Shown here: positions 19,978 through 30,394 of the stretch, in pieces | How positions within the stretch are numbered: the stretch's first letter is position 1 | Layout: every line of letters starts with the position of its first letter | From: an uncultured Clostridia bacterium | GTDB lineage: Bacteria; Bacillota; Clostridia; TANB77; CAG-508 | Direction of reading: 5' to 3' | Assembly: GCA_934154805.1 (NCBI GenBank) | Contig: CAKPGM010000001.1 | Coordinates: 6,177-70,176, forward strand | DNA: 64,000 nt | Notes under the pieces: generated by a model | Seen by the model: the letters and a program-made list of their open reading frames with translations, nothing else | The model's database searches: none | What the model was told of the DNA's origin: nothing | Position numbers and translations under genes: made by a program

Positions 19978-20367
19978 TTAAATTATAATACTTACATTTG
20001 CTATAGCATAATCTTTCAGATGCGAAATGCTTATATCTTTATCAACTATCTTACTTAACTCTTTTTCCACCTTTTTATCCAAAGAGATAAACTCTAATTT
20101 AGGCTTTCCACTTGCACTATTAGTTATTTCTATGTTTTTCCAAGATAAAGAATACTTGTCACTTAATAGCTCCGAAACAGCTTTAAATGCCGCTTCTTTT
20201 GCTGCAAATCTTCCTGCATAATGTTGATATTTATTTACTTTTTTGCTATCACAATACTTTATTTCCTTATCTGTAAATACTCTATGTGCAAAATCTTCTC
20301 CTAAATCTTCTATTGATTGTTTAATTCTTTCGACCTCAATGACATCAACGCCAACTTTTATTTGCAT
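19978..20367 (-). CDS. acpS: holo-[acyl-carrier-protein] synthase
   Basis: 129 aa: VGVDVIEVERI... and FAAKEAAFKA motifs. Confidence 0.85.
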   Translation of the reverse strand: MQIKVGVDVIEVERIKQSIEDLGEDFAHRVFTDKEIKYCDSKKVNKYQHYAGRFAAKEAAFKAVSELLSDKYSLSWKNIEITNSASGKPKLEFISLDKKVEKELSKIVDKDISISHLKDYAIANVSIII

Positions 20368-20420
20368 ATATTTTTCTTCCTTTTCTACTCCCTAAAGAAC
20401 ATCTCTTTTGGGTGATTTAT

Positions 20421-21659
20421 TTAGAATAGTTTAAATATATTAATAATGTTGATTATTAATAATATTATTAATATCACTACTATTATTTTGTTTGTTTTTG
20501 CAGTTTTTTCTATATTTGAATTTTTGTATAATACATCATATTTTGCTTTTACTTGATGATATACTTCTTCTAACTTTAGTATAGAATTCCACTCATCTTC
20601 TAATGCACTTCCAGTATTATCATTTGTCGTTTCTTCTATCCATACCTTTTGAGTAAAATCAATGAATTTTTGTTTAGTTGCTTCAAATTTACGGTTTTGT
20701 TTAAATTCATTATTTACTTTTTTTAGACTTATTTTTTTATATAATTCAAATATATAGTCATATAAATATTGTCTTTCAAAGATATGCGGTAATTTTGTGT
20801 AATTCTCAGAATTCTTATCAGATGTCAATAAAACCGTTGCAATATTGCTACATCCATATAATTCATATTTTGATTTTTCTACTATTGCGGTTTTGTTTTT
20901 TGTTCCATTAGAAATACTCTCTACAACACTGTCTGCATTTTCTACATTTGCAAATTTGTAAAACTCTTTTCCTAGCAATTCGGTATTTGTTTTATCGTTC
21001 CAATCTTCTTGGTCTATACAAGCATACGAATATGTTATAAATCGTTCAGTATCTAGATTTAATTCTTTTGCTCCTTTGTTGTTGCCTGTGATTTCTTTAA
21101 TCAATGCTGTTATTTCTTTTATATCTTCAAACATATCTGTTTGTATTTTTATATTTTCATATCCTTTAAAGTCATACAATTTTGATTTTATATCTCTAAA
21201 TTTATAATTGAAGTTACATACATCTGCTAATGTGTTTTCTCCTTCTAACATAGTTTTCATTGATAAAAAACATATTCCGTTGTTAAAGCAAATAATTTCT
21301 ATCTTAGAAATGTTAAAGAATATTCCATCTTTCTTTCCTGCTTTTCCTTGTATGTCCTTTTTTAGATTATATTCAAAAATGGCACAAGGATATTTTCCAA
21401 GAACTGTTGCTTGCATATTTTTGTCTAGACTTTCAAATTTTGATATTCTCATTTTTGCAAAGTCCATAGACCAAAATATTGTATTTCTTACTTTTGGTAG
21501 GAAATATTCATACAAGTCTGCATCCTTGTCACTTTCAAAAAATTTAATTTTATAGTCTTTACTTGTTAATAGTTTTTGCAAATATCTTACATAGTTTTTT
21601 TCATTTACTACATACGGATATATAAAATATGTATATTGATATTTGGTCTTTAGTTCCAT
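20421..21659 (-). CDS. hypothetical protein with C-terminal TM anchor
   Basis: A 412-aa ORF in a tight operon-like arrangement. The C-terminal helix is IIVVILIILLIINIINIF. I recognise no family. Confidence 0.5.
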   Translation of the reverse strand: MELKTKYQYTYFIYPYVVNEKNYVRYLQKLLTSKDYKIKFFESDKDADLYEYFLPKVRNTIFWSMDFAKMRISKFESLDKNMQATVLGKYPCAIFEYNLKKDIQGKAGKKDGIFFNISKIEIICFNNGICFLSMKTMLEGENTLADVCNFNYKFRDIKSKLYDFKGYENIKIQTDMFEDIKEITALIKEITGNNKGAKELNLDTERFITYSYACIDQEDWNDKTNTELLGKEFYKFANVENADSVVESISNGTKNKTAIVEKSKYELYGCSNIATVLLTSDKNSENYTKLPHIFERQYLYDYIFELYKKISLKKVNNEFKQNRKFEATKQKFIDFTQKVWIEETTNDNTGSALEDEWNSILKLEEVYHQVKAKYDVLYKNSNIEKTAKTNKIIVVILIILLIINIINIFKLF

Positions 21660-21674
21660 ATTTTTCTCCTTTTT

Positions 21675-23222
21675 TTATTTTGTATAGTATCCGGCATTTA
21701 TGTCTTCAGCTAAATGCCAAACTCCTATAAAATCTATTATTGGATTGTTTTCTAATGTGTATTTTGGTTCAACTACTGTTTCGCCTTTTGAGTTTATTGC
21801 ACCCCATTTTCCATCTTTTTTCACTGCAACATATCCTGAATCATTTTGTTCTGTTGCATCATCATATATATAATTAATAACAACTACATTGTTTTTGTCA
21901 ACATATCCATATTTTCCATCTTTTTTAGATAAGAACAATGTATTTCCTTTTAGAATTTCTGTATTCTTTTTCTCTTCGAATTGGAAGTTATAGTATTTGT
22001 ATTCTGAATTCACTCTAACCTTCATGTACCCTTTAGATGTATTCATTTCTGATACAATTCCAGATAATTTTAGATTAAAGTTTCTATCAAATAAATCTGT
22101 TTCCACTTTATCAGAAGATCCTTCTATTATATCTGCAGTTTTAATATGTGTTAGGTTTTTGTAAGTAAAATCTATTTTTACTATATTCTTTGTGTCTATT
22201 ACTCCAAATCCAGTATCTTTTTCTGCTATATAATAGCTTTGAAATACACTTTTTAGGCTCTTATATTCAGTTGGTATTATTTCTGCACCTTTTGCATCTA
22301 CAACTCCATAGTTATCATCTTTTTTTACTATAATATATCCATTGCTATCTATTGCTATTGCATCGTCATAATTTAATGAGGCTGTTTCTTTTCCTTCACT
22401 TACTATTTTCCATTCTCCATCTTTTTTTGCTACATATGTATTATTTGAATATATATTTTTTATATCATCATATTCTACTTTTAGTAATTCTTTTTTATTT
22501 GTTCCTATTACTCCTAGTTTTCCATTTTCATCTTTTACTATATATCCATCTTCATATTTGTCTGTTAATGTTGTTATATTTGCATAACTGTTATCTATTA
22601 TTTGTGCTCCAATTGTACTTACAAGTCCTTCTTTACCATCTTTTTTTGTTACTAAACTATTGTTAGCTCCTATTATAGGTTCTATGCTATCATATTGACA
22701 ATCTAGTAGTACTTTTCCTGAAAAATCGATTAGTCCATATTTTCCGTCTTTCTTTACTCTTAAGCATCCTTTTTCATACCATATACTGTTTTGTTTGTCA
22801 TAGTTTTGTATCGCTTCTACTTGCTCATATTCACTAAATAGTTGCTCATTTTTTGCATTTACTACTTTTGTTTTATATGTGTTATTTGTATAGTCGACAT
22901 CATAAGTTACTACAAATATATCTTTTTCTTTGTCTGGTATTATCAACATTTCTTCATAACTTGGAGTAATAATTGTATCTCCTGATGAATTGATAACACC
23001 CCATTTATCGTTTTCTAGCACAGGATAATATGCTAGTGCTACCTTCTTTTCTTGTCTTGTATTGTCTGGTTTCATTAATCTAGCTATTATAATTATAAAC
23101 ATAATAATTACTAATAATGCTATTATTGTTGCTATTACTTTTTTTATATTTAGCTTATGTTCTGGATTATATCTTTTCCCTTTTCCCATAAAAACCTCTC
23201 CATTTTGTTTATAGTTCTTCAC
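21675..23222 (-). CDS. WG-repeat (KWG-type) membrane-anchored protein
   Basis: 515 aa with an N-terminal TM and repeated units: DKWGVINSSGD, GKYGLIDFSGKVLL, GKEGLVSTIG, GKLGVIGTN, NYGVVDAKG, GKYGYVDKNN, GKWGAINSKG. The exact start is uncertain, since an internal ATG at codon 12 is possible. Confidence 0.75.
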   Translation of the reverse strand: MKNYKQNGEVFMGKGKRYNPEHKLNIKKVIATIIALLVIIMFIIIIARLMKPDNTRQEKKVALAYYPVLENDKWGVINSSGDTIITPSYEEMLIIPDKEKDIFVVTYDVDYTNNTYKTKVVNAKNEQLFSEYEQVEAIQNYDKQNSIWYEKGCLRVKKDGKYGLIDFSGKVLLDCQYDSIEPIIGANNSLVTKKDGKEGLVSTIGAQIIDNSYANITTLTDKYEDGYIVKDENGKLGVIGTNKKELLKVEYDDIKNIYSNNTYVAKKDGEWKIVSEGKETASLNYDDAIAIDSNGYIIVKKDDNYGVVDAKGAEIIPTEYKSLKSVFQSYYIAEKDTGFGVIDTKNIVKIDFTYKNLTHIKTADIIEGSSDKVETDLFDRNFNLKLSGIVSEMNTSKGYMKVRVNSEYKYYNFQFEEKKNTEILKGNTLFLSKKDGKYGYVDKNNVVVINYIYDDATEQNDSGYVAVKKDGKWGAINSKGETVVEPKYTLENNPIIDFIGVWHLAEDINAGYYTK

Positions 23223-23327
23223 GCTTATAATATATCACAAAGCAATATAAAAATACAATATATAAACACAAAAAATGTAAAACATTTTAAGCTTCTGCCT
23301 ATCTTGTTTTACATTTTTATTTGTAAT

Positions 23328-25835
23328 CTATTTTTTTCTTTCCGACACTTTATACGCTAGTACTGTCATATCATCTTTTTCTTTGCCAAAATCATTGTCA
23401 ATGGCTTCTCTAAGAATCAGATCTGCGATTCTTTGTGCATCTTCAGAGTCAATCTCTTCAAGTGCTTCTTGAACCCAAAGTTCTTTGTTTATATATTCTT
23501 TGTTTGAATTTATTATTCCGTCACTGCACATTACTACTATATCACCATCTTGCAAGTCATATTCATATTCGACTAAATCTATGTTATTTAGTATTCCTGT
23601 TGGTAATGTAACTGATTTTAGTATTTCGACATTTTCGCCTCTCTTTATAAATGTTGGACAAGCTCCATTTTTTATAAATTTCATATCTCCTTTGAATAAA
23701 TCAAGAATGCTTACATCTAATGTTGCATACATATCATCATCAGTATTTGCAGATATTGTTGTGTTAATCAGTTTTAGTGCAGTATCATTATTAAACCCTG
23801 ACTTTAATAATCTTTCTAGCATTTTTATTGCTATTTTACTGCTCTTCCTTGCATCAGGTCCAGACCCCATTCCATCACTTAAAGCAAGTAAATATTTTCC
23901 ATCTTCCAATTTTGTTTGTACTGTTGTATCTCCAGATATTATAGAACCATCTTTCTTTGATTTTGCAAGCCCCACTTGAAGGCTATACAAATCTTCTGAT
24001 ACGAATGTAAATACACAAGTATCGTCATTTTCTCTTAATGCACATTTTTGTTTTTGAATTATCATCTTGTCTTTTAAAACTTTTTCCAAAACTTTTGCAA
24101 TTTTTTTGACACCACAAGCACTTCCATCCACAGAATTGCACACATTTGTGTATAAGTTTACTAAAAATCTTCCACTTTCTTCTCTTTTAATTGTAATATC
24201 TCTTAATGTTATTTCTTTTTCTTCTAATAATATTTTGATTTGGTCTTTTTGTATTTTGTATGGATCTTCTTCCTCTTTTGAAATTTGATTTGCTAAATTT
24301 GATAGCGCTTCTGACACTCCATTTAATTGATTTGACATTGTCTTTTTATTTTCATCCAGCCTTTTCTTCCATACGAAGTTTATCTTACTAATTCTATATG
24401 ATGAGTTTATTGTCCTTACCATCTCATCAATGTCACTTTGTGCAATGTAATCTTCCTCTTTAGCTTCTTGACTGAATCCCATTATATAATTATTATGGCT
24501 AGCAAATATTTCTACTATATCTTTTCTAGTTATTACTTCTTTTGCTGTTAATTTATCAAAGATTTCATCTAATATATTTTCGGTATTATTATATAAATCT
24601 GCATATAATAGATTATCTTCTTTTCCCTCTAAATTGTTTAATAATTCATCTTCAAATATCTCCTGATTTTCTTTTTCTTGTTTTTCAAGTTCTTCGTCAG
24701 TCACTATTGTCGCAGCTGCATTTTCATAGTCTTGAGCCATTTGTGAAATTGTATTTGACATATTTGTCAATTTGCTTATTGTTTCCTTGTTTTCTTCAAG
24801 AGTTCTTGTCGTTGTTTCTGGCAATAGTTTTTCATCACTTAAAATATCACTTACTTGTAATTTATATGTTTTTGGAATTGCAAGTAATCCTAAGGTTGCA
24901 ATTAATATTTCTTGGAACTTAATTACTTCTATTGTATTTCCATTTGCAACATATGATAAAACTATATTGCCTATTATAAATCCTATTGCTACTCCTATTT
25001 TTCCTAATTTATTTAATAGTCCTGCTAGTAATCCTGATATTGCATACGTTGCAAGCATAACTGGATCTGCTGAATTTAGTATTCCTAAAATGGTACCAAC
25101 TGTTATACCTGTTGTAGCTCCAACCAACATTCCATTTTTCCAGCCCATTATTAAGACCGTTAGTATACACAAAATGTTTCTTACAGAGAAGCCAAATATG
25201 CTAAGTTCTCCTAACGCATTTGCTGCTATTGTAAGCATTATGCTTAATCCCATTACTTCTTCTATTGAAAATACTCTTTTTTTCTTATAATCTTTTATTA
25301 AAATTATCGAGTTTACAAACATCTTATATGAAGCAAATGTTATTATCGAAAACATTATATTATATAAAAAGTCATATAATAAAAATCCATTGAATATCAT
25401 TTTTACAGTTTGAACTGCAAATACAGAAATTGCAATTGGTTCACCTACTCTTATTTGTTCATTTCTTTCGTCTTCTTCCATTGGTCTTTTTATTAGTACA
25501 AGTGCTATGAATATCAGCAACGTTAATAAATAGAATAATAATCCATTTCCGCCAAACTTAATAGTTGTTCCTATAGCAGTAATTAAGCACACTAAAGCAG
25601 CAGGTATTTTTGTTGCCATACTTGCTCCTACTATTGCAAATCCAAATGGCGTTATACCCGTAAAGATACTGCTATTATTTCCCCCTATAATTGATAGCAT
25701 AAATGATAATACATATATTATGCTATTCTGAATGTTAAAATTATTTTTTAATACCGACTTTACATCATCTTGATTATTTAGTTCAACATCCTCACCAAAA
25801 AATTTTTTTGTCTTTTCTGATATATTTTGAAACAT
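23328..25835 (-). CDS. spoIIE: stage II sporulation protein E (PP2C-type phosphatase with polytopic N-terminal domain)
   Basis: About 835 aa: roughly 10 N-terminal TM helices, a central region, and a C-terminal PP2C domain (GDTTVQ..., LSDGMGSGPDA, MCSDG, DDMTVL). I prefer the ATG at 25835 after AGAGGTGG. The track starts at the GTG at 25844. Confidence 0.9.
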   Translation of the reverse strand: MFQNISEKTKKFFGEDVELNNQDDVKSVLKNNFNIQNSIIYVLSFMLSIIGGNNSSIFTGITPFGFAIVGASMATKIPAALVCLITAIGTTIKFGGNGLLFYLLTLLIFIALVLIKRPMEEDERNEQIRVGEPIAISVFAVQTVKMIFNGFLLYDFLYNIMFSIITFASYKMFVNSIILIKDYKKKRVFSIEEVMGLSIMLTIAANALGELSIFGFSVRNILCILTVLIMGWKNGMLVGATTGITVGTILGILNSADPVMLATYAISGLLAGLLNKLGKIGVAIGFIIGNIVLSYVANGNTIEVIKFQEILIATLGLLAIPKTYKLQVSDILSDEKLLPETTTRTLEENKETISKLTNMSNTISQMAQDYENAAATIVTDEELEKQEKENQEIFEDELLNNLEGKEDNLLYADLYNNTENILDEIFDKLTAKEVITRKDIVEIFASHNNYIMGFSQEAKEEDYIAQSDIDEMVRTINSSYRISKINFVWKKRLDENKKTMSNQLNGVSEALSNLANQISKEEEDPYKIQKDQIKILLEEKEITLRDITIKREESGRFLVNLYTNVCNSVDGSACGVKKIAKVLEKVLKDKMIIQKQKCALRENDDTCVFTFVSEDLYSLQVGLAKSKKDGSIISGDTTVQTKLEDGKYLLALSDGMGSGPDARKSSKIAIKMLERLLKSGFNNDTALKLINTTISANTDDDMYATLDVSILDLFKGDMKFIKNGACPTFIKRGENVEILKSVTLPTGILNNIDLVEYEYDLQDGDIVVMCSDGIINSNKEYINKELWVQEALEEIDSEDAQRIADLILREAIDNDFGKEKDDMTVLAYKVSERKK

Positions 25836-26082
25836 CCTTACCACCTCTTACTTTTTTAACTTTCGTTTATGGCTATATTGTAGTACAAGCTATGCGATTT
25901 ATTTGTCGTTTTACGGACGAAAATCAAAAAAGTTTTTTACATATTGTGATATATTTTTATTATATTTTTTATTTTTTTATTTATATCTATTTTTTGTTAG
26001 GTATATTTTATCTTATTTTGTCCTAAAAAACAATACTTTGAAAGCAAATAAAAATAGAACTATTAAATAGTCCTATTACTTT

Positions 26083-27402
26083 TTATATTAAATGTGGTAG
26101 GAATAGTTTTGCTAATCCTAGGAACACTAAAAATCCTAATGTATCAGTAGTTGCTGTTAGGAATATTGATGATGATAATGCTGGATCCATTTTTATTTTA
26201 TCTAGTATTAATGGAATCAATAATCCAAATATTCCGGCTATTATTAAATTTCCTATTATTGCCAAACAAATAATTATTCCTAAATATAGATTATGGTATA
26301 TTAATCCAACTACACAACCTGTTATAGCTCCCACTATCAAGCCTTCTATAAAGCCTAATGCTATTTGTTTTAATATCATTCCTTTTGCATCTTTTAGCTT
26401 TATTTTTCCCATTGCAATATTTCTAATTATTATAGATATTGTCTGTGTACCTGCATTTCCACCCATTCCTGTTACTATTGACATTACTGCAGAAAGTGCA
26501 ACTACTTGTGCAATTGTTGACTCAAAAGCTCTTACCGTCATTGATGCTATAAATGCTGTTACTAGATTTATTAATAACCAAGGTGTTCTTAATTTTACAG
26601 ATTCTGCTAATGTACTGTCTAGTGTTTCTTCTTTAGCAACACCACCCATTTTTAAGACATCCTCTGTCTGCTCTTCTACGATAACGTCTACGATATCATC
26701 TATTGTTATTATTCCTAATATTGCATTCCTTTTATTTACTACTGGTATCGCTGTTAAGTCATATTTTGAAACTAATAGTGCAACTTCTTCCTGGTCAGTT
26801 TCTGGTTCTACGCTTATGAAGTGAGTATTTGTTATTTCTTCTAATTCTTGATCTTCTGGAGCTACTAATATATCTCTTAAAGAAGCTGTTCCAATTAGCT
26901 CTCTTTTTTTATTTGTAACAAAAATCGTTTCTATTAACTCGGTTTTAGGTGCTATTTGTTTTATTTTTCTTATTGCATCTGCAATTTTAAAGTCACTAAA
27001 CAAAGCAATATATTCTGTTGTCATAATTCCACCAGCGCAGTCATCCCTGTAGCCTAGTAGTTGTTTTATTATTTTTTTGTCTCCCTCTTTCATAAGGTTT
27101 ATTAGTTCTTTAGACCTTAGAGGCTTAAGTTCACCTAATATATCTACTATATCGTCCTTTGACATATAGCTAAATATGTTTAGAATCTTTTTGTTGTCTA
27201 AAAAGTCAATCATACTTAACTGAGTTTTTACTTCTGATTCTTCCAATATAGCTGCCAACTTTTCTGGATCTAAATCCTTACATAATTTTTCAATCTCTTC
27301 GTCTTCACAGTCTGAAAGTTGTGTTGCTATATCAACTGATGTTACATCATCTATTGGCCCCTGTATTTGTTCGTTTAAATCAACATTCTCTTCATTTTCC
27401 AT
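26083..27402 (-). CDS. mgtE: magnesium transporter MgtE
   Basis: 439 aa: MgtE N-domain, tandem CBS region (GGIMTTEYIAL...) and a C-terminal TM domain (GMGGNAGTQT, ATTDTLGF). Confidence 0.9.
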   Translation of the reverse strand: MENEENVDLNEQIQGPIDDVTSVDIATQLSDCEDEEIEKLCKDLDPEKLAAILEESEVKTQLSMIDFLDNKKILNIFSYMSKDDIVDILGELKPLRSKELINLMKEGDKKIIKQLLGYRDDCAGGIMTTEYIALFSDFKIADAIRKIKQIAPKTELIETIFVTNKKRELIGTASLRDILVAPEDQELEEITNTHFISVEPETDQEEVALLVSKYDLTAIPVVNKRNAILGIITIDDIVDVIVEEQTEDVLKMGGVAKEETLDSTLAESVKLRTPWLLINLVTAFIASMTVRAFESTIAQVVALSAVMSIVTGMGGNAGTQTISIIIRNIAMGKIKLKDAKGMILKQIALGFIEGLIVGAITGCVVGLIYHNLYLGIIICLAIIGNLIIAGIFGLLIPLILDKIKMDPALSSSIFLTATTDTLGFLVFLGLAKLFLPHLI

Positions 27403-27632
27403 TGTTATCTCCTTTTATTTAAATTTAAGAAGACAATGTAAAAAGTTCTATTATGTTATAGGCAAAACAAAAATGAGTGTTTCACCGATAGCTAATATTA
27501 CTTTTTTTATTTGTCTTTTTCAGCCCGTAACTCGGATCGTCACTCATTTTATCACCCCTTTATTTTTTACTACCTTTCTATTTTATCATATTTTCGATTT
27601 TTTTCAACCCTTTTTCCACATTTTATGTTATC

Positions 27633-28643
27633 CTATTTTATAACTTTTTCTGCAAAGCTATTATTTACTATTTTATCATATGGAGCTTTTTGTTTTAATT
27701 CACCTGCTTCTGTCATTATTAATTGTAATTTATCAAAAGCTTCTTCTTTAAGTACTGGTGTAGAATTCCAAGCATCTATATCTTTATAAGCTTGAACTGA
27801 TTTTTCTATTGACTCTACTGATGTACTTGGGAAATAACTTTGTATTTTTTCTGCAACTTCTCTTGCAGAATGAGCTTTTACCCATACTTGCCCTTTATAT
27901 ATTGCTCTTGTTATGCTTTCAATTGTGCCTGGATTATTTTCTATATAGCTCTTCTTAGCACAGTATGCTGTATATGGAACTTCTCCAGAGGCTTCTCCAA
28001 CAGATGCTACTATATATCCTTTTCCTGCATCTTGTGTCATTGAAGCTGTTGGCTCAAATAATGTTACATATTCAGCTGTTCCTCCTGTAAATGCTCCTGC
28101 CATTAAGTCAAATTTTATACTATCATCTAATATTAAATCTGTTTGTGGATTTATTCCGTTTTGCTTTAAAACATATTCTAATGTCATATATGGAACTCCA
28201 CCTTTTCTACCTGGGATTACAGTTTTTCCTTTTAAATCTTCCCAAGAGAAATTATCAGTCGGGTTTTTACTTACTAAAAACGAACCATCCCTTTTTGTTA
28301 ATTGTGCAAAGACTTCTACATAATCTGCCTTTCCTTCGTTATAAACATATATTGAAGCTTCTGGTCCGCAAAGTCCTATATCACTTTGCCCTGCAAGTAT
28401 TGCTGTCATAACATTGTCTGCTCCTTGACCAGTTGTTATTTCAATGTTTATTCCTTCTTCCTCAAAAAAGCCATTTGCTATTGCAGCATATTGAGGTGCA
28501 TAGAATACTGATCTTGTAACCTCGTTTAGTTTAATTGTTTTTAGCTCGTTGCTAATTTCTCCTTTTCGTGTAGACACAAATCCCAGAATGACAATTGCTG
28601 AAACTATTAATATACAGACAATTGTTATTATAACTTTTTTCAT
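27633..28643 (-). CDS. ABC transporter substrate-binding protein, NMT1/THI5-like (NitT/TauT family)
   Basis: 336 aa with an N-terminal anchor or signal, then SVFYAPQYAAIANGFFEEEGI... typical of NMT1/ThiY/SsuA-like binding proteins. It is the last gene of a 3-gene ABC operon. Confidence 0.8.
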   Translation of the reverse strand: MKKVIITIVCILIVSAIVILGFVSTRKGEISNELKTIKLNEVTRSVFYAPQYAAIANGFFEEEGINIEITTGQGADNVMTAILAGQSDIGLCGPEASIYVYNEGKADYVEVFAQLTKRDGSFLVSKNPTDNFSWEDLKGKTVIPGRKGGVPYMTLEYVLKQNGINPQTDLILDDSIKFDLMAGAFTGGTAEYVTLFEPTASMTQDAGKGYIVASVGEASGEVPYTAYCAKKSYIENNPGTIESITRAIYKGQVWVKAHSAREVAEKIQSYFPSTSVESIEKSVQAYKDIDAWNSTPVLKEEAFDKLQLIMTEAGELKQKAPYDKIVNNSFAEKVIK

Positions 28644-28717
28644 CTTAATCCTCCTATTTTTATCGCTTAGAACCGCCCAGAAGGATGCCCTTTGAGGGCG
28701 ATTTTTTAAGCGAGTTT

Positions 28718-29539
28718 TTATTTTACTATTTTTTTCTCTAAAATCACTATGCTTTCGTACATTATAGATGCCACTATCGCTAGTATAATAACACTTGTCA
28801 TTACCAAGTCTAATTTAAAGACTTGACCTCCATATACTATTAAATATCCAAGTCCTCCTTTTGACACTAAAAACTCTCCTGATATAACTCCAACTAAAGA
28901 TAAGCCAATATTTACTTTTAATGTATTGAACAATGTTGGAATGTTTGCTGGAATTACTATTTTGGTAAGTATTTGGAATTTGTTTGCATTAAATGTTTCT
29001 GCCATTTTTATCTTTTCTTTATCAGTTAGCAACAATCCATTTAGTATATCCAATATGGTTACTATTAAAGATATCGCCAGTGCCATTACTATTATAGACT
29101 GCATTCCTGCACCTACCCATATTATTATTACAGGTCCTAATGCTATCTTTGGAAGTGCATTTAGTACTACTAAAAAAGGCTCTGATACTTTTGATATAAA
29201 CGGAGACCACCATAAAATTATCGCAATTAATGCTCCCATTACTGTTCCTAACAAAAATCCAACTATTGTTTCTATACATGTAATTTGTAAATGTTCTAAT
29301 AAATTGTTAGAAGATAAATCTAAGAAAGTTCTTAGTATTCTTGAAGGTTGACTTGTTATGAAACTATCTATTTTTCCAGTATTTGCAAGTATTTCCCACA
29401 AAGCTGTAAAAATAACCAGTATAGCAATTTGCACAGCAAATATTTTTATTTTATTTGCTTTTATTTTTCGTAAATATTTTTTTCTGTCTATAGAAATTGC
29501 TGCCTTATTTTTTTCTTTTTGCTTCTTCATCTTTTTCAA
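28718..29539 (-). CDS. ABC transporter permease (NitT/TauT family)
   Basis: 273 aa, polytopic, binding-protein-dependent permease. Its start overlaps the end of the ATPase gene. Confidence 0.8.
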   Translation of the reverse strand: MKKMKKQKEKNKAAISIDRKKYLRKIKANKIKIFAVQIAILVIFTALWEILANTGKIDSFITSQPSRILRTFLDLSSNNLLEHLQITCIETIVGFLLGTVMGALIAIILWWSPFISKVSEPFLVVLNALPKIALGPVIIIWVGAGMQSIIVMALAISLIVTILDILNGLLLTDKEKIKMAETFNANKFQILTKIVIPANIPTLFNTLKVNIGLSLVGVISGEFLVSKGGLGYLIVYGGQVFKLDLVMTSVIILAIVASIMYESIVILEKKIVK

Positions 29540-30287
29540 GCTCCTTCCACATCAAGTTGAAATATTTACTAAACTTTGGACTCTCTCTACAATTTAATGG
29601 TGTTCTGTTTTCCATATCAAAGTCAATTTTATGAATTTCTTTCACTGTTGCAGGTCTCTGAGTCAGAACAACCACTCTATCAGACATACTAATCGCTTCT
29701 GATATATCGTGTGTAACCATTATTGCTGTTATATTTTCATTTTTTAGTATTTTATAAATATCTTCTGTTACTATTAATCTAGTCTGATAATCAAGCGCAG
29801 AAAACGCCTCATCTAGTAATAAAATATTTGGACGGATTGCAAGTGTTCTTATTAGTGCAACTCTTTGTCGCATTCCTCCAGACAATTGCGTTGGATATTT
29901 GTTTCTAAATTCATATAAATCATATTTCTTTAGAAGTTCTATTACATAAGCCTTGTTTTCCTCTGTAAGAGCTTTTTTTATTTCTAGCCCCAAAAGCACA
30001 TTTTTGTATATCGTTCTCCATTCTAATAGATTATCTCTTTGCAACATATATCCCATTTTTCCATCTATGTATATTTCCCCAGATGTTTTTTCTTCTAATC
30101 CTGCAATTATTGATAGTAACGTAGACTTTCCACATCCACTTGGTCCTATAATGCTTATAAACTCTCCTTCTTTCACATCAAAATTTATATTTGTTAAAGC
30201 TTCAACTTCTCCATTTTTTGATTGATATGTTTTATATACATTTTTTACCTCTAGTATTTTTTTGTCACCTGTATTAAAATTGCTCAC
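29505..30287 (-). CDS. ABC transporter ATP-binding protein (NitT/TauT family)
   Basis: 260 aa: Walker A GPSGCGKST, signature LSGGMRQR, Walker B LLLDEAFSALD. Confidence 0.9.
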   Translation of the reverse strand: MSNFNTGDKKILEVKNVYKTYQSKNGEVEALTNINFDVKEGEFISIIGPSGCGKSTLLSIIAGLEEKTSGEIYIDGKMGYMLQRDNLLEWRTIYKNVLLGLEIKKALTEENKAYVIELLKKYDLYEFRNKYPTQLSGGMRQRVALIRTLAIRPNILLLDEAFSALDYQTRLIVTEDIYKILKNENITAIMVTHDISEAISMSDRVVVLTQRPATVKEIHKIDFDMENRTPLNCRESPKFSKYFNLMWKELEKDEEAKRKK

Positions 30288-30358
30288 ATTTATCCCTCCA
30301 ATGTCAATTATCTTAATATATCTTATGTAGACTGTTTTTATTTGTTCTTATTTTGTAC

Positions 30359-30394
30359 AAAAAAACCAAGAGGTAGCTTCTTGCTATCTCTTGG
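30359..30394 (-). terminator. intrinsic terminator inside the 5' leader of the ABC operon (attenuator / riboswitch expression platform candidate)
   Basis: On the minus-strand RNA, ccaagag (30394-30388) pairs with cucuugg (30372-30366), with 4 further inner base pairs and a 5-nt loop. Seven U follow (plus-strand A-run 30359-30365). It lies 72 nt upstream of the ATPase start codon. Confidence 0.6.

Noticed and set aside
27403-27632. Calling the mgtE leader an M-box riboswitch
   Set aside because: The context is right, but I could not match the conserved M-box core sequences by eye. I report it only as a candidate structured leader that needs an Infernal check.
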